Under the pieces are notes generated by a model, which was given only the letters and a program-made list of their open reading frames with translations, searched no databases and had not been told where the DNA came from. Source: Patescibacteria group bacterium (GTDB lineage: Bacteria; Patescibacteriota; CPR2; UBA1875; JAMCYV01). From it: a stretch of DNA of 48,748 nucleotides. The stretch is from positions 1-48,748 of the forward strand of contig JAMCYV010000022.1 of the NCBI GenBank assembly GCA_023473595.1. The letters are read 5' to 3'. The position numbers and the translations under genes were made by a program. The stretch's first letter is position 1. Each line of letters starts with the position of its first letter. Below, in pieces: positions 1-8,327 of the stretch.

Positions 1-46
1 CTTTTTCAATTTTGTTTTCACTGGGGATTTTAGTTAAAATACTCAT
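1..46 (-). CDS. 5' end of a gene running off the window (MSILTKIPSENKIEK...); possibly an IS1595-like transposase
   Basis: Minus-strand ATG at 46-44, GGAGGA SD at 60-55, open to the window edge. The IS assignment is only a recalled resemblance of the N-terminus plus the adjacent inverted repeat. Confidence 0.4.
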   Translation of the reverse strand, partial: MSILTKIPSENKIEK

Positions 47-98
47 GGAACAGGTCCTCCTTATTTGTTGTGCTTATTTTAGCACGGGATCTGTTCCA
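46..98. repeat. Inverted repeat with inner hairpin overlapping the start of the edge gene
   Basis: TGGAACAGGTCC (46-57) / GGATCTGTTCCA (87-98), 11/12 complementary; inner GTGCT (70-74) / AGCAC (81-85). Confidence 0.7.
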
Positions 99-128
99 AC
101 TGCTTTACTTAGACCAAAGTTTAGCGCC

Positions 129-158
129 TTGACAATAGCTAGTCATAAAAGTTAAGCT
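129..158 (+). promoter_or_regulatory. Probable sigma70 promoter
   Basis: TTGACA 129-134, 18-nt spacer, TAAGCT 153-158; AGGAGG SD before ATG 193. Confidence 0.45.
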
Positions 159-192
159 ATAGATAAGAAAAATAAAAGAAAGGAGGGGAGAA

Positions 193-522
193 ATGTCTTT
201 ACTAAACCTAGTAGCTTTGGCAGAAGAGACTTATGATACAACAAATGCTGATGCCGCGGCGGCAGCCGTCGTTACCGGCATCGGAGCATTCTTTATGATC
301 TTTATGCTAATAGCTGTCGTAATAGGAATCTTTACCTTGTGGATGCTCATTGACTCTATTATCAGGCAGGATGCGGACTTTCCGCAGGGCCAGCCAAAGA
401 TTATGTGGATTCTTCTAATTCTTTTTATTCCATTTGCTTCCATTGCCTACTTCTTTATGGTAAAAAGAGCTGGGAAGAAGGCTCCGGCTGCGGCGCCTGC
501 ACCAGAAGCACCAAAGGAATAA
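193..522 (+). CDS. Small membrane protein, PLDc_N-like hairpin
   Basis: Two hydrophobic segments with W-M-L-I-D...K-I-M-W-I-L-L-I-L...A-Y-F-F pattern; strong SD; Ala/Pro tail. Confidence 0.7.
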   Translation: MSLLNLVALAEETYDTTNADAAAAAVVTGIGAFFMIFMLIAVVIGIFTLWMLIDSIIRQDADFPQGQPKIMWILLILFIPFASIAYFFMVKRAGKKAPAAAPAPEAPKE

Positions 523-532
523 TTTTGTTTTT

Positions 533-562
533 TAAAAGATCCCCCGGCTGGGGGATCTTTTA
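533..562 (+). terminator. Intrinsic terminator
   Basis: TAAAAGATCCCCC-GGCT-GGGGGATCTTTTA perfect stem after stop 522. Confidence 0.85.
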
Positions 563-592
563 GTATTTCTTGTCATTTGTTAGAATACATTT

Positions 593-1333
593 ATGCTTAA
601 AGCTTTCATTTTGGGACTTATTGCTGGTTTAGCTCTTCTTCTAGGGGCAATATTTGGCCTAGTTTTTAAACCATCTAAAAAAATTGCATCCCTTATTATG
701 GCTTTTGGGAGTGGTGTTCTTATTTCAGCCCTGGCTTTTGATCTCATGGAAGATGCATACTTAAAAGGAGGAATAATTCCCATTTCTCTCGGTTTTCTTT
801 TAGGGGCTGGAGTTTTTGTTTTCGGTGATTATCTTTTAGGGAAAAGAGGCGGTCACTATAGAAAACATTTAAAGATTGAAAGGAGCGGTTACAGCGGTGA
901 AGCCAATAGTATGGCAATCGCCTTGGGAGCGCTTTTAGACGGCATCCCTGAATCAGCGATGATCGGGATCGGTCTTCTTACCGGTGGCAGTACTGGGATA
1001 TTAATGTTTTCGGCTGTTTTCTTATCAAATATTCCGGAAGGAATTTCCGGAGTTTTTGGGATTTCTCATGCCAAGAAAACCCGAAGATTCATTTTTACCC
1101 TATGGATTTTAATAGCACTTGTCTGCGGCCTTGCTGCTCTTATAGGCTTTAAGTTTTTAGCCAGCTCTTCCGGGGCAACCTTGGCTCTGGTCTCGGCTGT
1201 CGCCGCCGGATCCATCTTGGCTATGATTTCTGATACTATGATTCCGGAAGCCTTTGAAGAGGGTGGGGTCTTTGTCGCCCTTTCTACCGTCTGCGGCTTT
1301 CTCTCGGCATTTATTATTTCAAGATTAAGTTAG
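593..1333 (+). CDS. ZIP family metal transporter (ZupT/GufA-like)
   Basis: Multi-TM; LDGIPES and SNIPEG metal-site motifs; MIPEA near the C-terminus. Confidence 0.9.
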   Translation: MLKAFILGLIAGLALLLGAIFGLVFKPSKKIASLIMAFGSGVLISALAFDLMEDAYLKGGIIPISLGFLLGAGVFVFGDYLLGKRGGHYRKHLKIERSGYSGEANSMAIALGALLDGIPESAMIGIGLLTGGSTGILMFSAVFLSNIPEGISGVFGISHAKKTRRFIFTLWILIALVCGLAALIGFKFLASSSGATLALVSAVAAGSILAMISDTMIPEAFEEGGVFVALSTVCGFLSAFIISRLS

Positions 1334-1334
1334 A

Positions 1335-1763
1335 ATGGAAAAAGAATTAATATTTGAACTTATTTATCAGATTACCTCTTTAGAATCGTTATCTAAATTA
1401 GACGAAATATGCTCAAAAATATTTAAATTGGGGATTGAACATTTGAATAAAGCTTATAAATTGTTAGAGACTGACAAGGAAGAAGGTAAAAAAGAGTTTT
1501 ATGTAGGAGACACTTATCTTTTAACTCTTGACCAAATTTTTGGAGAAAGACTAGGTCCTGTTATGCTAAATGCAAGGCTGAAAAGGCTAGGGATCAATGA
1601 ACTTGAATTTATCACTAAGATAGACCAGGGAAAAGAAGAAGAAATTGACCCTAAACTAAAGGAACTTGTAGAATATTATAAACTTCTCAAGAAATGGAAA
1701 CAGGCTTGCTGGGAGCCAGGCGAAAAAGTATTAGAAATAAAAAGAAAGTTAGAAAATAAATGA
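1335..1763 (+). CDS. Hypothetical protein
   Basis: 142-aa ORF packed between neighbours; ATGA overlap with the next gene. Confidence 0.65.
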   Translation: MEKELIFELIYQITSLESLSKLDEICSKIFKLGIEHLNKAYKLLETDKEEGKKEFYVGDTYLLTLDQIFGERLGPVMLNARLKRLGINELEFITKIDQGKEEEIDPKLKELVEYYKLLKKWKQACWEPGEKVLEIKRKLENK

Positions 1764-2086
1764 GTTTACTTGAGATTTCAGTCATATTTTTTGGAAGCAT
1801 AATGAACATTGGCTATTTTGTCCAAGCATGGAAAATGTTCCAGACCAAATCAGTAAACGATGTCTCACCCCTCTCTTTCTCAGTCTTTTTAATCGGAAAT
1901 ATCGTCTGGTGGGCCTACGGGATCTCTCTTAAAGATTTTCCTCTAATCCTAAGTGCTGCTATTGGAACTATAGGCGCAGGGCTTGTTGTTCTTCTTTACT
2001 TTGTTCATTGGGAAGAGGAAAGGCATCATGAGATAAAGAGGAAATTGGAAGAAAAAAAGGCAAAGTCTAAGCTAGCTACTCATTAG
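1760..2086 (+). CDS. SemiSWEET/MtN3 family transporter
   Basis: Three TM helices; Q-A-W-K...TKSVNDVS...W-W-A-Y-G...P-L-I pattern. Confidence 0.85.
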   Translation: MSLLEISVIFFGSIMNIGYFVQAWKMFQTKSVNDVSPLSFSVFLIGNIVWWAYGISLKDFPLILSAAIGTIGAGLVVLLYFVHWEEERHHEIKRKLEEKKAKSKLATH

Positions 2087-2101
2087 TTTAATAAAAAAGT
2101 C

Positions 2102-2131
2102 TTGACAGTATAATTCTTTTTGATTTACTAT
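2102..2131 (+). promoter_or_regulatory. Sigma70 promoter of nrtR
   Basis: TTGACA 2102-2107, 18-nt spacer, TACTAT 2126-2131. Confidence 0.6.
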
Positions 2132-2150
2132 GTGTTTGGAGGACGCAAAG
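2128..2150. promoter_or_regulatory. Candidate NrtR operator 1
   Basis: CTATGTGT-ttggagg-ACGCAAAG: GT-N7-AC dyad overlapping the -10 box and the GGAGG SD. Confidence 0.6.
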
Positions 2151-2154
2151 GCTT

Positions 2155-2832
2155 ATGGACATGAAGAATCCTAAATACAAAAATCAAGGAATCCATGTTG
2201 ATATGGTGGTTTTTACGGTCGATGATAAAAAGATCAAGACATTGCTTGTCCAAAGAGGCCGCAAGCCTTTTGTAGGGGAATGGATTCTGCCCGGAGGGGC
2301 CGTTTACAACGATGAATCAGTTGATTTTGCAGCCGAAAGAGAATTAGAAGAAAAAACAGGCTTAAAAGATCTCTATCTAGAGCAGCTTCATACTTTCGGG
2401 AATCCCAAAAGGGATCCTAGAAAAAGGATGGTCTCAGTTGCCTATTTAGCTTTAGTAGATAAGAAAAAGGTCTCTATTTTGCAAAAAACGTCTAAAACCT
2501 TGGATGCCAAATGGTTTGATATCAAAAAGCTTCCAGATCTTGCTTTTGACCATAAAGAAATCGTAAGGCTAGCAGTAAAAAGTCTTAGAAAAATGCTTAT
2601 TTACTCGAATATTGCCTATACATTGCTTCCCTGCCAATTTACACTTCCTGAACTTCAGGGAGTGTATGAGATTATTTTAGGAGAGAAGTTTGATCGCCGG
2701 AATTTCCGCCGAAAATTCTTGAATCTAGGCTTAATAGAAGCAACAGGTAAAAGAGAGGAAGGGATGGCTAATCGTCCAGCAAATCTCTATCGTTTTAAAG
2801 CTAAAAAATATAAGGCGGTAGACATTTTATAA
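2155..2832 (+). CDS. nrtR: NrtR family regulator (Nudix sensor + winged HTH)
   Basis: Degenerate Nudix box RELEEKTGL; EQLHTFGNPKRDPR; LAFDH; wHTH FTLPELQGVYE...DRRNFRRK...RPANLYRF. Confidence 0.93.
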   Translation: MDMKNPKYKNQGIHVDMVVFTVDDKKIKTLLVQRGRKPFVGEWILPGGAVYNDESVDFAAERELEEKTGLKDLYLEQLHTFGNPKRDPRKRMVSVAYLALVDKKKVSILQKTSKTLDAKWFDIKKLPDLAFDHKEIVRLAVKSLRKMLIYSNIAYTLLPCQFTLPELQGVYEIILGEKFDRRNFRRKFLNLGLIEATGKREEGMANRPANLYRFKAKKYKAVDIL

Positions 2833-2853
2833 TTTAACTTTTTTTTAGAAAGG

Positions 2854-2876
2854 GTTTGCGTCAATATGACAGCACT
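2854..2876. promoter_or_regulatory. Candidate NrtR operator 2
   Basis: GTTTGCGT-caatatg-ACAGCACT; its left arm TTTGCGT is the exact reverse complement of the right arm of operator 1; overlaps ATG 2866. Confidence 0.5.
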
Positions 2877-3372
2877 GGTTAATAGCAAGATCTTAAGAAT
2901 TATCGTTGAGGGTCCTGATTGCTCTGGTAAGTCCACATTGGTGGAAAGGTTAAAAAACTCTTTAAGATGGGATTCTAAATATCTAAGACACAAGGAAGGT
3001 TATCAATTTACAAGATATTTAAAGGAATACGCAAGCCAGGAACATACCGTATTTGACCGAGGACATTTTTCTGAAGAGGTTTATTCGAAAATGTGGCGAG
3101 GGGGCTCCCCCTTTCATAAAAAAGAGAAGCAAATTTTAGACAACCTAGTGAATTATAAGAGAATTGTTATCTTTTGCTGCCCTACTTTAAAAGAGATTAA
3201 AAAAAGATACCTTGCTCGAGGATTTGAACAACAAATCAGTTTGGAAGAACTCAAACGTTCAAGAGAACTTTTTATGAGATACTTTAAAAGTATTCCTCAT
3301 ATAACTTATAAATCAGAGAACTATAAGGAGCTTGAGTCTTTGATTAAAAAAATAAAAAAGGAGGTTGAATGA
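2866..3372 (+). CDS. Thymidylate-kinase-like P-loop NMP kinase
   Basis: IIVEGPDCSGKST Walker A; DRGHFSEEVY (dTMP-kinase-type DR motif); lid KKRYLARG. Confidence 0.8.
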   Translation: MTALVNSKILRIIVEGPDCSGKSTLVERLKNSLRWDSKYLRHKEGYQFTRYLKEYASQEHTVFDRGHFSEEVYSKMWRGGSPFHKKEKQILDNLVNYKRIVIFCCPTLKEIKKRYLARGFEQQISLEELKRSRELFMRYFKSIPHITYKSENYKELESLIKKIKKEVE

Positions 3373-4100
3373 AACTTTATGTTATCCCAGTAGGTTACCT
3401 TTGCAATGCTAGTTGCCCCTATTGTATAACAAAGGCAATAAACTCAAGGAAAAAAGAAGGCTTTTTAAAAATTAAGACTTTAAGAGGAATTTTAGACGAA
3501 AAAAAATTTGAAAAGATTGAGATAACTGGCGGAGGCGAGCCGACTTTGCATCCTAAGATCCAAGAAATTATTGATTTATGTACCGAGAATGCCCCAACGC
3601 AGATGTATACCAATGGGACCTTTAAGAAAATTAATAACCTGGGAAAGTTGTATTACCTTTGTATCTCTAGAGCTCACTATAAAGATCTAGAAAACCAAAA
3701 GATAATGGGGATTAGTTATGAGCTAGATAATATTTTAAAGATAAAAGTACCAATCAAATTTTCATTAATCTCGCATAAATCGGGTATCGGCACTTCTAAA
3801 GAAGTTCTAAATTACCTTAATTGGGCTAAAAACAAAGCAAAAAAAGTAGTGATTAGGCAACTCTTTGAAGAACCAAACGAGATTTATGGAGATTATTATG
3901 AAAAAGAATTTATTTCAACTGACGAGATCTTTAAAGAATTAGAAATAAAAGATTTTAAGTTTACTAACCAGGGAAATAGGTTGATTGATTACCATGGATT
4001 AGAAGTTGAATTTGAATGTCGAGATTGCTCTCAAAACGAAGGAGCACCGGTTCTTTATTCAGATGGAAAGTTATATGAGGGGTGGGGAGAGATAGCATGA
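3369..4100 (+). CDS. Radical SAM protein of unknown function
   Basis: CNASCPYC (CX3CX2C); ITGGGEPTLHP; YTNG; C-terminal CRDC...LYSDGKLY; ATGA overlap with the kinase. Confidence 0.88.
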   Translation: MKLYVIPVGYLCNASCPYCITKAINSRKKEGFLKIKTLRGILDEKKFEKIEITGGGEPTLHPKIQEIIDLCTENAPTQMYTNGTFKKINNLGKLYYLCISRAHYKDLENQKIMGISYELDNILKIKVPIKFSLISHKSGIGTSKEVLNYLNWAKNKAKKVVIRQLFEEPNEIYGDYYEKEFISTDEIFKELEIKDFKFTNQGNRLIDYHGLEVEFECRDCSQNEGAPVLYSDGKLYEGWGEIA

Positions 4101-4615
4101 TTTTAACGGGTTCTGAGATTAAGAAGCAAGTAGAAAATCACAGAATTCATATCTATCCTTTCAACGAAGAATTTTTAAACCCAAACAGTTACAACTTTCG
4201 GCTCGGTAAAATCCTTAAGGTATATAAATACCCTATTTTAGATCCCAAAATTGAAAACGAATTTGATGAAATAATCATTCCTGAAGAAGGATATATATTA
4301 AGGCCAAACCAGCTTTATCTAGGTCATACAATTGAAGAAATGGGCTCCAACTTTTATGTACCGATTATGCAGGCCAGAAGCTCGGTTGGGAGATTAGGCC
4401 TATATATTTACCTTAATTCCGGGCTTGGTGATTTGGGATTTAAGAGACAATGGACTTTGGAACTACATGTCATTCATCCTTTAAAGGTTTATCCAGGGAT
4501 GAAAGTCGGTCAAATGCTTTTTTGGAAGACTCTTGGGAAGATTAAATTATACGAAGGGAAATATCAAAATGCAGTTGGACCGGAAACCAGTAAAATCTGG
4601 AAAGATTTCGGATAA
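4097..4615 (+). CDS. dcd: dCTP deaminase (trimeric dUTPase-fold)
   Basis: LNPNSYNFRLG, ARSSVGRLG, GDLGF...WTLEL, YPGMKVGQ, GKYQ; start moved to ATG 4097 (ATGA overlap with radical SAM stop). Confidence 0.9.
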   Translation: MILTGSEIKKQVENHRIHIYPFNEEFLNPNSYNFRLGKILKVYKYPILDPKIENEFDEIIIPEEGYILRPNQLYLGHTIEEMGSNFYVPIMQARSSVGRLGLYIYLNSGLGDLGFKRQWTLELHVIHPLKVYPGMKVGQMLFWKTLGKIKLYEGKYQNAVGPETSKIWKDFG

Positions 4616-4672
4616 TTTCTTTTATCATATTGGCTCTAAATAATTAAAGGATATTGATAATATAATTTACTT

Positions 4673-5395
4673 ATGACAATACAAATCGGGACTTCGGGAT
4701 TTTCATATGAGGATTGGGCTCAAAAGTTTTACCCAGCCGAGCTTCCAAAAACAAAATGGCTAGAATACTATGCCCAAAATTTTAATACGGTTGAATTAAA
4801 CTCTCCTTTCTACCGTTTGCCGAGTGAAAAAAGCTTTCAGAAATGGCATAAAGAGACACCTGCCGGATTTCATTTTGCTGTTAAAGGGAACCGGTATCTT
4901 ACTCATGTAAAAAGGCTTAAAAATTCCGAAGATTCGATTAACCTCTTTTTTAAAAGAGCTTTGAATCTTAAAGAAAAATTAGATGTCGTTCTTTGGCAAT
5001 TGCCGCCGAATTTTAAAGCGAATGCAGAAAGACTAGAAAAATTTTTATTCGAGGCTAAAAGATTTAAAATTTGCCAGGCAATCGAATTCAGAGACCAAAG
5101 CTGGTTTAAGGAACCGATTTACAAGATATTAAAGAAATACAATGTGTCAGCAGTAATTGCTGATTCTCCACTTTTGCCAAAGATAGAAATCTTGACCGCT
5201 GATTTCATTTATATCCGTTTTCATGGTGCAAAGATCCTATATAGTTCCAATTACTCTGATAAGGAGCTCCAAGAGTGGGCTTATAAAATAAAAGCTTGGT
5301 CAAAAAATCGAGACGTCTTCATTTATTTTAACAATGACTACAACGCCTATGCAGTTAAAAACGCCCTTTATCTTAAACAATTATTAGAGAAATAA
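4673..5395 (+). CDS. DUF72 (YecE) family protein
   Basis: IGTSGFSY, VELNSPFY, LWQLPP, EFRDQSW, YIRFHG, YFNND. Confidence 0.93.
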   Translation: MTIQIGTSGFSYEDWAQKFYPAELPKTKWLEYYAQNFNTVELNSPFYRLPSEKSFQKWHKETPAGFHFAVKGNRYLTHVKRLKNSEDSINLFFKRALNLKEKLDVVLWQLPPNFKANAERLEKFLFEAKRFKICQAIEFRDQSWFKEPIYKILKKYNVSAVIADSPLLPKIEILTADFIYIRFHGAKILYSSNYSDKELQEWAYKIKAWSKNRDVFIYFNNDYNAYAVKNALYLKQLLEK

Positions 5396-5419
5396 TAGTG
5401 CTCTTGCTAAAATAATGAT

Positions 5420-6382
5420 ATGAAAGTTGGCAATTTATGGCGGAATACATTTATGAAAGCGCTTTTGGTAATTTGGGGTTTTGTTGGTATTTTAGGCGTT
5501 TATTTTTTCTTTACCACCGCTAATACCCAAAAAACAGCTTCTGAGCCAACCAATAGGATAATTACAAAAGAAGAAATTGCTAACTACCTTAGCCTTTTTT
5601 CTTCAGAAAGATTTTCATTTAGTGAAAAAGAAAAAGTCCGAAAAGAAATAAAAAATCTTTTTCAAGGTTTTGGTTATCAAGTGTCTGAACAAAAGATAGG
5701 AAATTATATAAATATAATCGCAGAAAGAAAAGACAGCGGTGACTATACATTGGTAGCTGCTCATTACGACACAGTGAAAGGAACTCCGGGAGCCGATGAC
5801 AACGGCTCGGCGCTTTCTGTTATGATGGCGGTTGCTAAAAATTATAATGGCAATAATGTAAAATTTGTCGCTTTCGATGGGGAAGAAGATAATTTCGTTG
5901 GAAGCAAGTATTTTGCAGAGAGTGAAAAGCTGCCGAAGCTCATGATTTCTTTGGAAATGAACGGCTATTACTCTGACAAAGAAAATAGCCAAAAAGTTCC
6001 AGATTTTTTCAACATTTATTACCGAGGCCTTTATAATCGTTTAAAAAAAGATAATTTTAAGGGTGATTTTATCTCTTTAATCTGCGATGAAAAGTCTTTA
6101 GAAAGCTGCAGCAGGTATGAAAGATTATCTAGCAACATAAATCTAAAGGTTTATTCGATAAAGTTACCAAGCATTTCTTTTGTAAAAGCCAGATTTTTGG
6201 ATCTTTTTAGAAGTGATCATACTCCATTTGTTGAAAAAAATATTCCTTCTATAATGATTACTGACTCATCTAATTTTCGAAACCCCAATTACCATAAAAC
6301 CACAGATACAAAAGAGACGCTTGATCTCAATTTTATGGAAAAACAAGCTAATGTTTTAATAAACTTTCTTGGGATAAAATAG
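5420..6382 (+). CDS. M28 family peptidase with N-terminal anchor
   Basis: AHYD, PGADDNGS, GEE, RSDH, NPNYH motifs. Confidence 0.88.
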   Translation: MKVGNLWRNTFMKALLVIWGFVGILGVYFFFTTANTQKTASEPTNRIITKEEIANYLSLFSSERFSFSEKEKVRKEIKNLFQGFGYQVSEQKIGNYINIIAERKDSGDYTLVAAHYDTVKGTPGADDNGSALSVMMAVAKNYNGNNVKFVAFDGEEDNFVGSKYFAESEKLPKLMISLEMNGYYSDKENSQKVPDFFNIYYRGLYNRLKKDNFKGDFISLICDEKSLESCSRYERLSSNINLKVYSIKLPSISFVKARFLDLFRSDHTPFVEKNIPSIMITDSSNFRNPNYHKTTDTKETLDLNFMEKQANVLINFLGIK

Positions 6383-6391
6383 AGTTAAGTT

Positions 6392-7699
6392 ATGCAGAAA
6401 ACTTCGATTAAAATTGTTAAAAAATTAAGAGAAGCCGGATATGAGGCCTACTGGGCCGGAGGTTCGGTCAGGGATATTTTAATGGGTCGAGAACCGAAAG
6501 ATTACGACATTGTAACTTCGGCTAGGCCTCATGAAATTGAAAAACTCTTAAAATATACTATTCCTGTTGGTAAAAAGTTCGGTGTTATCTTAGCAGTAGT
6601 TGGCGAACATCATTTCGAGATTGCAACTTTCCGTTCTGATGCCGCTTATACGGATGGCCGCCGGCCGGATGCTGTCTACTTTAAGACTGCCAAAGAAGAT
6701 GCCTTAAGACGGGATTTTACCATAAATGGAATGTTTTATGATCTTTTAAAAAAAGAAGTCTTAGATTATGTTGGCGGTCAGGAAGATCTTAAAAAGAAGA
6801 TTTTAAGATTTATCGGCAATCCGGATGAAAGGATCAAAGAAGATAATTTAAGAATTCTTAGGGCCATTAGATTCAAAAATGCGCTGGAATTTTATTACGC
6901 TCCCAAAACTTTCCAAGCTATTCGAAAAAATGCCAAGCTCATTATCAATGTCTCGGCAGAGCGAATCAAGGAAGAATTGGATAAAATTTTAAAATTAAAG
7001 GGGAGAGAGACGGCTGTAAGGGAGCTGGAGGCAGCCGGAATTTTAAAGATGATTCTCCCAGAACTTTTAGAGCTAAAAGGGGTGAGACAGCCGGAAAAGT
7101 ACCATAAGGAAGGCGACGTTTACGAACATACTTTAGAATCTATTGCCAACCTTCCCGAAAAAGTTTCCGGAGAATTGGCCTGGGCCATCCTTTTGCACGA
7201 CATCGGCAAAGCGGACACCTTTAAAGTAAAAGATAGGATTCGCTTTGACGGCCATGCCGAGGTTGGGGCAGAGATTGCCGATAAAATCATGCGAAGGCTG
7301 AAATTTTCCAATACCGAAAGGCAGCATATCATCTGGCTGATCCATCACCATATGATTTTGGGGAATATCCCCAAGGCTAAGCCCAACCGGCAGGCATTTT
7401 GGTTCCATCAGCCGCTTTTCCCAGAGCTTCTTGAACTTTTGAAAGCCGATGCATTGGGTTCAAAACCTAAGGATTTGAGCCTTTATAACAAACTTAAAGC
7501 ATTGGAAGAGAAAAAACACAAGATTCTTCCAAAGCCGAAAAGACTTCTTACAGGGAATCAAGTGATGAGGATTTTTAAAATTCCCGAAGGGCCAGAAGTT
7601 GGCCGACTTCTCGATGAAATCCATGAAGCCCAGCTCGATCATAAGATAGAGACCAAAGAAGAAGCGATAGAATTTGCAAAAAAATTATTAAAAAAATGA
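6392..7699 (+). CDS. cca: CCA tRNA nucleotidyltransferase with HD domain
   Basis: GGSVRD...DYDI, EDALRRDFTIN, EDNLRILRAIRF, SAERIKEEL, LLHDIGK. Confidence 0.92.
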   Translation: MQKTSIKIVKKLREAGYEAYWAGGSVRDILMGREPKDYDIVTSARPHEIEKLLKYTIPVGKKFGVILAVVGEHHFEIATFRSDAAYTDGRRPDAVYFKTAKEDALRRDFTINGMFYDLLKKEVLDYVGGQEDLKKKILRFIGNPDERIKEDNLRILRAIRFKNALEFYYAPKTFQAIRKNAKLIINVSAERIKEELDKILKLKGRETAVRELEAAGILKMILPELLELKGVRQPEKYHKEGDVYEHTLESIANLPEKVSGELAWAILLHDIGKADTFKVKDRIRFDGHAEVGAEIADKIMRRLKFSNTERQHIIWLIHHHMILGNIPKAKPNRQAFWFHQPLFPELLELLKADALGSKPKDLSLYNKLKALEEKKHKILPKPKRLLTGNQVMRIFKIPEGPEVGRLLDEIHEAQLDHKIETKEEAIEFAKKLLKK

Positions 7700-8094
7700 A
7701 TCACGAGTTTTTAGACCATCCGTCAGACTTAAAAATAAAAGCGGTTGGAAAAAGTAAAGAAGAGGTTTTTCAGAGCTTAGCCGAAGCCGTAGCTGAATAT
7801 CTTTTACAAGAGAAACCGAGTGCAGAAGAAGAAAAGTCGTTTGATATTGAGCTAAAAGCAAACGATCTTCTTGGCCTTTTGATCCAGTATTTAAACGAAA
7901 TTCTTTTCCTAACCGAGACTGAAGGCGCTATTTTTGCGAAAGTAAGATTTGAAGAATTAGAGGATGATTATCTTAAGGCAAAGGCTTATAGTAGCGGGCA
8001 AAGACCGAAAGAGCAGATAAAATCGGCGACATATGAGTCGGAAATTAAAAGGATAAGTAAAGGTTTTCAAGCAGTGGTATTGTTTGATATTTAA
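7696..8094 (+). CDS. Archease (RtcB activator)
   Basis: FLDHPSDLKI, IKSATY, C-terminal LFDI; directly upstream of rtcB. Confidence 0.9.
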   Translation: MNHEFLDHPSDLKIKAVGKSKEEVFQSLAEAVAEYLLQEKPSAEEEKSFDIELKANDLLGLLIQYLNEILFLTETEGAIFAKVRFEELEDDYLKAKAYSSGQRPKEQIKSATYESEIKRISKGFQAVVLFDI

Positions 8095-8096
8095 TT

Positions 8097-8327
8097 CAGT
8101 AGCACAGTAGACAGTAGCCCTCCTTCGCCAAGGCTACGGACGGGCAGGCATGTAGCAAGGTTTCGTTGCTATCCATTCGGCCCTTCCTTGTGTCATTCCC
8201 GCGTAGGCGGGAATCCAGAAAGCAAAAGCTGGATCCCCGGGTCAAGCCCGAGGATGACAATTTAGATTATTCTAACCATATCATGGATGACAAATGGCCA
8301 ATGGCAAATAACTAATGACGAATGGCA
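8097..8327. repeat. Composite intergenic repeat cluster
   Basis: CAGTAG(C/A) short tandem units; element A CCCTCCTTCGCCAAGGCTACGGACGGGCAGG (8118-8148); TGTCATTCCCGCGTAGGCGGGAATCC...GGATCCCCGGGTCAAGCCCGAGGATGACA (8191-8259); AATGGCA-type heptamers 8286-8327. Confidence 0.85.

Noticed and set aside
3369-4100. Calling the radical SAM a prokaryotic viperin
   Set aside because: It has a kinase neighbour but lacks the viperin-type N-x-H...CNYxCxFC and KINFxGGEP context; kept only as an analogy
4097-4615. Known anti-phage dCTP deaminase (AvcD type)
   Set aside because: Those are Zn-dependent HAE/PCxxC enzymes; this is the trimeric dUTPase-fold Dcd
8097-8327. CRISPR array (also considered for 45364-45580)
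   Set aside because: Units are palindromes of differing sequence without regular repeat-spacer periodicity; no cas genes
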